A DNA stretch of 64,000 nt. Source: Octopus sinensis (lineage: Eukaryota). Where the stretch lies: contig NC_042998.1 of assembly GCF_006345805.1 (NCBI RefSeq), positions 33,480,001 through 33,544,000 of the forward strand, in the 5' to 3' direction. The notes beneath the pieces were generated by a model that made no database searches, was not told the DNA's origin, and saw only the letters and a list, made by a program, of their open reading frames with translations. The translations under genes were made by a program, and so were the position numbers. Position 1 is the first letter of the stretch. Each line of letters starts with the position of its first letter. Positions 55,392 to 64,000 of this stretch are shown here, in pieces.

Positions 55392-55910
55392 CACAGAAGT
55401 GTATAATGATCCGGTGATGATGCTGGGCTTTTTTTAATTTTTTCATAGCTCCCGTGGTTAGCGAGATAATCTCCTATAATAATACCCTTGTGTTTATGAA
55501 TGAGAAAGGAAGGGGTCATGTCAGCGTTTCAACTCTGTGTGAATATATGTGTGTGTGTGTGTAAAAGGGGGGCGGTCGTGAATATGAATGTGTGTGTGAG
55601 TGTGCGCGTGTGTGTGTATGTGCATTTGAATTTGTGTATGTGTGCATGCGCGTGCGCGCAATGGAAGTGAGATGGTTAACATTCAACGCTGAAAAGAAAA
55701 ATAAAACAGCGTTTCAACTCTGTGTATTTGGTATGTTTTACCTGAGTACACATTCTGTTCTCTATGAAGTTACGTGTCTGTTTTGTGTTGACATAAAGTA
55801 ATTTCTTTGGTATTTCACGACCAAATTTTATTTAGCGTCATTATTATTATTAAATTTATGCATTTCTAATCAATTTGGAGATATTTCCTATCGGGTTACT
55901 CTCTTTTTCT

Positions 55911-56302
55911 CTCTTTTACTTGTTTCAGTCATTTGACTGCGGCCATGCTGGAGCACCGCCTTTAATCGAGCAACTCGACCCCGGGACTTATTCTTTTGTA
56001 AGCCCAGTACTTATTCTATCGGTCTCTTTTGCCGAACCGCTAAGTAACGGGGACATAAACACACCAAAATCGGTTGTCAAGCAATGCTAGGGGAACAAAC
56101 ACAGACACACAAAAACACACACACTTATATACATACATATATACGACGGGCTTCTTTCAGTTTCCGTCTACCAAATCCACTCACAAGGCTTTGGTCAGCC
56201 CGAGGCTATAGTAGAAGACACTTGCTCAAGGTGCCACGCAGTGGGACTGAACCCAGAACCATGTGGTTGGTAAACAAGCTACTTACCACACAGCCACTCC
56301 TG
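55911..56302 (-). mobile_element. SINE family A
   Basis: Reverse-complement family match. Confidence 0.9.
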
Positions 56303-56989
56303 CAGATTTTTAACAATGCATTTGGTGATTATTTGCTTTATTTCTCGGGCAAAATTTACAATTTACAATAAAAGAATAAAATTATTGTTTCATTCAAAAA
56401 TTGATGAGCTTTCTTTTTAATGATGACTTGAAATGGCAAATATTTTTCCAACTGTATTTGCTTAAAAAAAAAAAAAAAAAAAAACGATGCACACACAATA
56501 TGACACTCGCTCAGATTCATCTCATAGTATTCTATACTTAGTGGCCGGATATAACTTCTGTTACAACTTGTCATCCTCTGGAATATAATACATTCATGCA
56601 TTTATACTTACCATACGAAAGTTATCATATTTTCTATCTCACTGAATGACAAATAACAAATATCTATTTTGGTATGTCTTTTAAAATGTCACATTTAAAA
56701 TATTTGGAAATTTCATGATTTCTTTAATTCCTGTTCAGTAACATCCGCAATATTGTCCTCAAGTTACTTCACATCCTCAACATAGCAACGACTTCATCCC
56801 AAAAAAAAGATATAAATAAACAAACAGACAAAAATTACACTCCAGCAGATGTTAAGTCTCTGCAGTGTTTCAAAGACACTCCCAAGAGAGTGCTTTTAAT
56901 CCACCAGGAACAGCGTTGTTGTGGTGGTGGTGTTGTTGTCGTTGTTAAGCAACAAGACGGGTAAGGGTGATTAGGTGATGGTCTAGGGC

Positions 56990-57208
56990 TTAGGGGCGGG
57001 AGACCCCAGACCTTGGGAAAAAAATCGTTAGCCGTCTTGTTGTTGTAGTCGAGGGCTCTTCGTTGACGCCCGACACCACTGGGAGGTGGCCCCCGAAGTC
57101 GCTGGAAATGGAGATCTCCAGGTCCAAATTCTTGGACGGCCAGGAAGAGCGTTGTTGCTCAACGCCCTTAGACATTGTCCCAGATCGCTTGCAGAATAAG
57201 TCACGTGA
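56990..57208 (-). CDS. Possible terminal coding exon of an unidentified gene
   Basis: GC-richer non-repetitive island with strong acceptor gttgttttttttag|TCA. Two frames are open to a stop. No recognisable motif. Confidence 0.3.
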   Translation of the reverse strand, partial: SRDLFCKRSGTMSKGVEQQRSSWPSKNLDLEISISSDFGGHLPVVSGVNEEPSTTTTRRLTIFFPRSGVSRP

Positions 57209-57787
57209 CTAAAAAAAACAACATAGAGTTTCTTAACAATACTCTTCCATCGCTGACTTACATATGCTTACAGATGTTTCCTCACTCTGCTTTTCTGACA
57301 TTACTTCGAACTCCCTCTCTTTGATTGCTTCAGTCGTTAATTTTCCGTTTGTCAACTGATACCAATTCGCCGATATTAGAAGGCCTGCAAAGGCTATGCA
57401 TATCTACCTTTCTTCAAGCAACACACACACACACACACACACTCAATCACCGCGCGCGCACTCCCACACACACACTCGCACACACACACACACTCTCGCA
57501 CACACACACTCTCGCACACGCACACTCACACCCACATATTCGCGCGCGCAAACACACAAGGTGCGTGGCTTAGTGGTTGGGGTGTTGCACTCACAAATCG
57601 CTGGATCGTGGTTTCGATTACTGGACCGAGCGAACGCGTTGTGCGCTTTAGCAAGACACTTCATTCTAGTTGCTGCATTCCACCCAACCGTAAATAGGCC
57701 ATCCTGCAATGGACTGGTCTTAATCTGGTTAGAGAGTTCCACTTAAATAAACGTTTTTCTGGATTATATATACACATACATACAAAG

Positions 57788-58194
57788 GTGCAGGAGTGGC
57801 TGTGTGGTAAGTAGCTTGCTAACCAACCACATGGTTCCGGGTTCAGTCCCACTGCGTGGCATCTTGGGCAAGTGTCTTCTGCTATAGCTCCGGGCCGACC
57901 AATGCCTTGTGAGTGGATTTGGTAGACGGAAACTGAAAGAAGCCTGTCGTATATATGTATATATATATATATATGTATGTGTGTGTTTGTGTGTCTGTGT
58001 TTGACACCCTCGCATTGCTTGACAACCGATGCTGGTGTGTTTACGTCCCTGTAACTTAGCGGTTCGGCAAAAGAGACCGATAGAATAAGTACTGGACTTA
58101 CAAAGAATAAGTCCCGTGGTCGATTTGCTCCACTAAAGGCGGTGCTCCAGCATGGCCGCAGTCAAATGACTGAAACAAGTAAAAGAGTAAAAGA

Positions 58195-58196
<2 letters not shown>
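57788..58196 (+). mobile_element. SINE family A
   Basis: Family match. Confidence 0.9.
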
Positions 58197-58234
<38 letters not shown>

Positions 58235-58315
58235 AGAGTTTACGAAAAAAACAAAAGACGAAGACAAGCGGTGTACAAAACAAACGGATGTATTAGTATA
58301 ACGCTCAGATAAATA

Positions 58316-58349
<34 letters not shown>

Positions 58350-58659
58350 CTAGCAGGTAAGCCCGATTTCAACCGGTCAGAGAACGACGTGAAGAGAAAA
58401 ACGAAGACATCAAATAAACAAGCAAATAAATAAATAAATAAACAAACAAAGAAGTGGACACGAAGTGTTGTTTGGGCGATGGATCTTGGTAGACAAGAAA
58501 GAATGTCAGTCATGGTGAGTTATTAAGGAGAGCGTATTAATCTGTACATCTATGCATAAATTATTGTACTTTGAAATTATGGTTGCATGATGAAGGTTGC
58601 GAAACGTCTTAAAGATGTCAAGTGGTTAAATAAACATATTCATCCGTCACACCACCAAA

Positions 58660-58892
58660 CGACGATTTCATCTTAATCGAAGGAGATGGGCTTTCTCCGT
58701 CCGGGTTGCGAATCCGTGGAATAAGCTGCCGGACGAGATAGTGAAGATGCCGACGACCGCTCGGTTCAAAGTCTCTCTTGACCAGAAATGGCCTGAACTC
58801 TCTGCATGAACACCCTACCTGTACATAACTCCATGTCCCCCTACATGGCCTTGCTCTTTGCTTTTTGAGCCAAAAAATTAACTTAACTTAAC
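58660..58892 (+). mobile_element. CR1 LINE 3' end
   Basis: Matches 36850-37095, with (TTAAC)n tail. Confidence 0.85.
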
Positions 58893-59137
58893 ATTTTATG
58901 GCTTATATGCTCCTCGAGCAATAATCTCATCGATCAGATCTCCTTCTGCATTATACTTATCCGTATTGGATTACTATGTATTCTGCTAGCTGAGTTCGTA
59001 AGAGGAGCTTTCTGTGGAAGCCATAAGATTCTGTGAATCCAATTATAACACTACAAATTTGTACATCGGGCGGATGTGTCGAAAGTATATCCTACTTCTT
59101 AGCATGTCTTTGTTTTCAATCTGTTTCCTTTCTCCAG

Positions 59138-59208
<71 letters not shown>

Positions 59209-59209
59209 C

Positions 59210-59267
<58 letters not shown>

Positions 59268-59377
59268 GGTGGTGGTGGTGGTGGTGGTGGTGGTGGTGGT
59301 GGTGGTGGTGTTTTTATTAACGTATTTTTACAGGAAGAAAAGAAAGAGAGAAGCAACATTCAGAGTGTAAAAGATCG

Positions 59378-59755
59378 AGCGGGCGTGGCTGTGTGGTACG
59401 AAGCTTGCTTCCCAGCCACATGACTCCGGGTTCAGTCCCACTGCGTGGCACCTTCGGCAAGTGACTTCTGGTATAGTCTGGGGCCGACCAAAGCCTTGTG
59501 AGTGGATTTGGTAGACGGAAACTGAAAGAAGCCTGTCGTATATATGTATACATATATGTATATGTTTGTGTGTGTGTTTTTGTTCCCTCGTGTGTTTACG
59601 TCCCTGTAACTTAGCGGCTCGGCAAAAAGAGGTTGATAGAATAAGTACTAGGCTTACAGAGAATAAGTCCTGGGGGGTCGATTTGTTCGACTAAAGGTGG
59701 TGCTCCAGCATGGCCGCAATCAAATGACTGAAACAAATAAAAGAATAAAAGAATA
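59378..59755 (+). mobile_element. SINE family A
   Basis: Family match. Confidence 0.88.
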
Positions 59756-59875
59756 AGTTATCGAGAAAAAAAACTCATTACTACGTTACCAAGGAAACAA
59801 CGTAAAAAGGTGGGGGTGGGCGTATGGAGCAAAATATGGAGTGGAGAGTAAGGGTTCGTGTATTTCAGAAGTGAC

Positions 59876-60611
59876 GAGTTTAGCCACGCCTTGTGGGCAC
59901 GTTGGTGCAGAGAATGGTCTGTGACACTCGCTACAACAGCTACCCCACCTCACGGAACTCATATCTCAGATGGGCCGCAGTTACCCCCAATCTGGCGAAG
60001 GAAACCGGCAGTGCGGGATCCAAAAACACCCGATGTCTCGGCGGCCACCTTATTGATTGTATGGTTGTTGCTGTTTAGTGTCAAATCGTTTTTCATTGAC
60101 ATAAAATCAAAGACATTTCATCCAACATCTTAATATAATAATTGTGAATGTCAGTGTGTCAGTGTGTCACGCTCTTTCATCTTTACTCCTAGAGGCCGTA
60201 GCCCAACATATCATACCATTTTGGAATCAGACCGACTCCGTGAGTTTAGCCACGCCTTGTGGGCACGTTGGTGCAGAGAATGGTCTGTGACACTCGCTAC
60301 AACAGCTACCCCACCTCACGGAACTCATATCTCAGATGGGCCGCAGTTACCCCCAATCTGGCGAAGGAAACCGGCAGTGCGGGATCCAAAAACACCCGAT
60401 GTCTCGGCGGCCACCTTATTGATTGTATGGTTGTTGCTGTTTAGTGTCAAATCGTTTTTCATTGACATAAAATCAAAGACATTTCATCCAACATCTTAAT
60501 ATAATAATTGTGAATGTCAGTGTGTCAGTGTGTCACGCTCTTTCATCTTTACTCCTAGAGGCCGTAGCCCAACATATCATACCATTTTGGAATCAGACCG
60601 ACTCCGTGAGT
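59876..60611. repeat. 366-bp tandem duplication
   Basis: 59876-60241 is repeated at 60242-60607, with GAGT microhomology at the junctions. Confidence 0.92.
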
Positions 60612-61451
60612 AAATGAAAAACATTGCGGGCCGAATCCGGAGGCACAATCCTGAAATCATGCATTTTCAAGGTTTCATTACTGCGATTGTATTTGGCGAT
60701 TGTTTTGCAATGAAATTTTTTGTACGATAACAATTTTTATAACTTGGAAATAAATTTGGGGCAAAATCGAAATTAATTGCGAAATCCAGCGATTATTTTC
60801 GGCGTGTTTTTTTTTAGAGTTTTTTTTTGTTTTGTTTTGTCTTGTTGGGGGTTTTTTTGCGACGAATAGGAACAACATCATGGAGATTTGACTCAGGAAG
60901 AAGTGATTGCAACAAATTCTCCAAAAAGTCCTGGGGTCAATTTGCCCGACTAAAAGGCGGTGCACCAGTATGGCCGCAGTCAAATGACTGAAACAAATAA
61001 GAGAATAAAAGAATAAAACAAGTTAGAGATCTCTTCACAGATTTTCCCCATTCAAGCTCAGCAGCTTCAAAGCTATAGACTAGCTTAAAAGCCGTCTGGT
61101 AGGCGGCGGTTTTAAGCTAGTTTACAATACTGATCACAGTTCTAAATTATTGCACGGGATTATTTTGTTGTTGTTGTTCAGAGGAGGCGTTGCTTCCCAT
61201 GTTTAAAAGTTGTTTCCCTTGTTTAAGATACTGCTGTTAGTTTTAATGGCGGTGGTTGTATTGGTTTCGATGTTGATACTGGTTGTGTTGATGTTGAGAA
61301 TAGAAAGTAATGGTGGAGAAGATGGATTCGTGTGTGTCTGTGTGTGTGTGCATGCATGTATGTGTTAGCGTGTTTGTGTATGTATGTGCATTATAGTGCG
61401 CGTGTGTATGTATGTATGTATGTATGTATGTATGTATGTAGATAGACAGAC

Positions 61452-61502
<51 letters not shown>

Positions 61503-61519
61503 TAGACAGACAGACAGAT

Positions 61520-61604
<85 letters not shown>

Positions 61605-62057
61605 CTCATTATGATCCAGGAAAATATACACAAAACACAAATATTCACAGTGAAAAATTCCACCTCACAGTGAGTAAGTGTTTATTGTGGCTCATCCACA
61701 GTGGTGCAGACACGTGCACACACACATACATACATACATACATACATACATACATACATACATACATACATACATACATACATACATACATACATACATA
61801 CATACATACATACATACATACATACATACATACATACATACATACATACATACATACATACATACATACATAGGCTAGGACGAAGCCTTTTGGCAAAGAA
61901 GAAAGTGTAGTTTTTAAATCCTTAAAAGACATCTGCTATTCCCAAACAACGAAATTACAAGCCATATGACGAAGTGAGAAGGCATAATTTACAATTATTG
62001 AAGGCGCGATATCTCGTAAGCTGGGATTTCCGTAAAGTGAAGATGGTATGCAATTCG

Positions 62058-62439
62058 TGGCACTCCGCCGGTTACGACGTCGGGGGTTCCTATTGATCCG
62101 ATCAACGGAACAGCCTGCTCGTGAAATTAACGTGCAAGTGCCTGAGCACTCCACAGACACGTGTACCCTTAACGTAGTTCTCGGGGAGATTCAGCGTGAC
62201 ACAGAGTGTGACAAGGTTGGCTCTTTGAAATACAGGTACACCAGAAACAGGAAGAAAGAGCGAGAGAAAGTTGTGGCGAAAGAGTACAGCAGGGTTCGCC
62301 ACCAGCCACTGCCGGAACCTCATGGAGCTTTAGGTGTTTCCGCTCAATAAACACTCACAACGCCCGGTCTGGGAATCGAACCCGCGATCCCACGACTGCG
62401 AGTCTGCTGCACTAACCACTGGACCATTGCGTCTCCACT
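62058..62439 (-). mobile_element. SINE family B
   Basis: Family match. Imperfect TSD gtatgcaatt/gtgtgcaatt. Confidence 0.88.
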
Positions 62440-63019
62440 GTGTGCAATTAATTAGAAGCTGAAGCATCTTAGTAAAAGCACTCCCTTCTCTTTATCACTC
62501 TCTCTCTCCTCTCTCTTACACTCTCTCTCTTTTCTCTCTTTCTCTCTGTACATTCGTTCAAAACGCGTAGTCGTATTTGATGGTGACAAAGTTACCTCCC
62601 TTATAATATGAGCTTGGTTTATATTACATGAAAATATGTTGTATTACCTCCCCTGCTCAAATCAAACCTATACGCTATAGGTTTGTGGTCCTCTCAACCT
62701 CTGTTGTGCCCCTGGTTTTATAGCTGATTGCGCGGTGAAATGGGTTCACTGCTGCGCAGCTTTTCTTATCCACTCAAAATAAATTCACACATAGGAGCCT
62801 CGCTATGTTTGCACAGATCTACTGAGCTTTTAAGAATCGGTCACGCGTTCGCTTCCACATACTTATAAATGAATGAATGAATGAATGAATGAATGAATGA
62901 AAGAATGAATGAATGAATGAATAAATGAATGAATAAACACACATACACACACAAACACACATAAACGCGCGCGCGCACACGCACACACACACACAACTAA
63001 GGGTATAAGTCTAAAATGT

Positions 63020-63353
63020 TAGTTAGTTAGTTAATTTTTTGGCTCAAACAGCAAAAAGCAAGGCCATGTAGGGGGATATGGAGTTATGTACAGGATGGTG
63101 TTCATGTAAAGAGTTCAGGCCACTTGTGATCAAGGGAGACTTTGAACCGAGCGGTCGTCGGCATCTTCACTATCTCGTCCGGCAGCTTATTCCACGGATC
63201 TGCAAACCGGGCGGAGAAAGCCCCTCTCCTTCGATTGAGATGAAATCGTCGCAGATAGAGCTTTTCGGAGTGACCCCGCAGCCGACGCTCTGGAGCAGGA
63301 GTGAAGAACAGCTCTTTAGAGGGGTTACACTTTCCGCTTATGATGTTGTGAGC
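63020..63353 (-). mobile_element. CR1 LINE 3' end
   Basis: Reverse complement of the 36808-37095 element, extending further 5' (AHNIISGKC...LFFTPAPERRLRGH). Confidence 0.85.
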
Positions 63354-63354
63354 A

Positions 63355-63480
63355 CTCTTCTTTCAGTTTACGACATTCATGACCCCTTTTGATCTTCCGC
63401 AAGGTGTAAATTTTGCTGCAACTCTTTTCATTCGCAATTCCCTTACTCAAAATTCGTTGGGAAGAACTCCAGGACACACC
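63355..63480 (-). mobile_element. Mariner transposase fragment
   Basis: GVSWSSSQRIL...LRMKRVAAKF, similar to 37670-37735. Confidence 0.65.
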
Positions 63481-64000
63481 ATTCAAACTACAATTTTCGT
63501 ATCGAGAAAGCTTCTTGTAGAGATGTATTGTATCAAAAAGCGCAGAAGCGCTTCAGTAGCTGATGGAGGCATGCTGAACGATTTTCGTTTGCTAGTAATA
63601 AACCTCTGTGCTTTTCAGTATTATATTTCTATACGAAATTCTTTCTCGAGACGAATGACGGAGTTTCCTGGCTTTCTACAGGATATCCACATTATGTCAA
63701 ATATACAGAATGATTTTTCTATTGGCAATATGACAAATGTAAATTCTGTTCAAATTTGTATACATGTGTTCAGATGCACATCTTATAATTCTGTGTTTTT
63801 TTTTTTTTTAGCTATTTATCTATTTATTGTAGGTATTTATTTATTCTGAAACAAGTTAAAATGTGTGTGCTACCTGATTTTCAAGGAGGACAAATTGTTT
63901 GAGAGCAGATAGCTGGAGAATATATATTTCTTTATTGCCCACAAGGGGCTAAACATAGAGGGGACAAGCAAGGACAGACAAAGGGATTAAGTCGATTACA

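Noticed and set aside
63379-63849. 156-aa plus-strand ORF
   Set aside because: Partly antisense to a mariner fragment, with no recognisable motif or splice support.

Overview
AT-rich, repeat-dense eukaryotic DNA. The SINE families and microsatellite load look like an Octopus (coleoid cephalopod) genome, which is an inference. The host-gene content is a tandem pair of spliced minus-strand paralogues that the ORF track does not show as genes. Gene B is complete: coding exons 28274-28253, 24595-24345 (or its tandem copy 22466-22210), 18011-17916 and 17137-16817, giving about 229-231 aa. Gene A has exons 6516-6495 and 1500-1250 and runs off the left edge. The protein has a signal-peptide-like N-terminus, a W-x-x-P-C motif, LEQ/LCE/R-x-V-M/R-x-x-RD motifs, only two cysteines and intron phases 1-0-0. 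This suggests a secreted Unpaired/IL-6-like four-helix cytokine. The mature part of exon 2 has diverged between paralogues almost entirely by non-synonymous changes, and both promoters keep TATA, Inr and a CRE-like site next to an ISRE-like site. The window also holds several minimal type-I hammerhead ribozyme motifs inside palindromic Penelope-like elements. Other repeats are a Helitron-type insertion with its empty site in the paralogue, microsatellite-associated REL-type LINE fragments, CR1 3' ends, mariner and hAT remnants, and many tRNA-headed SINEs.
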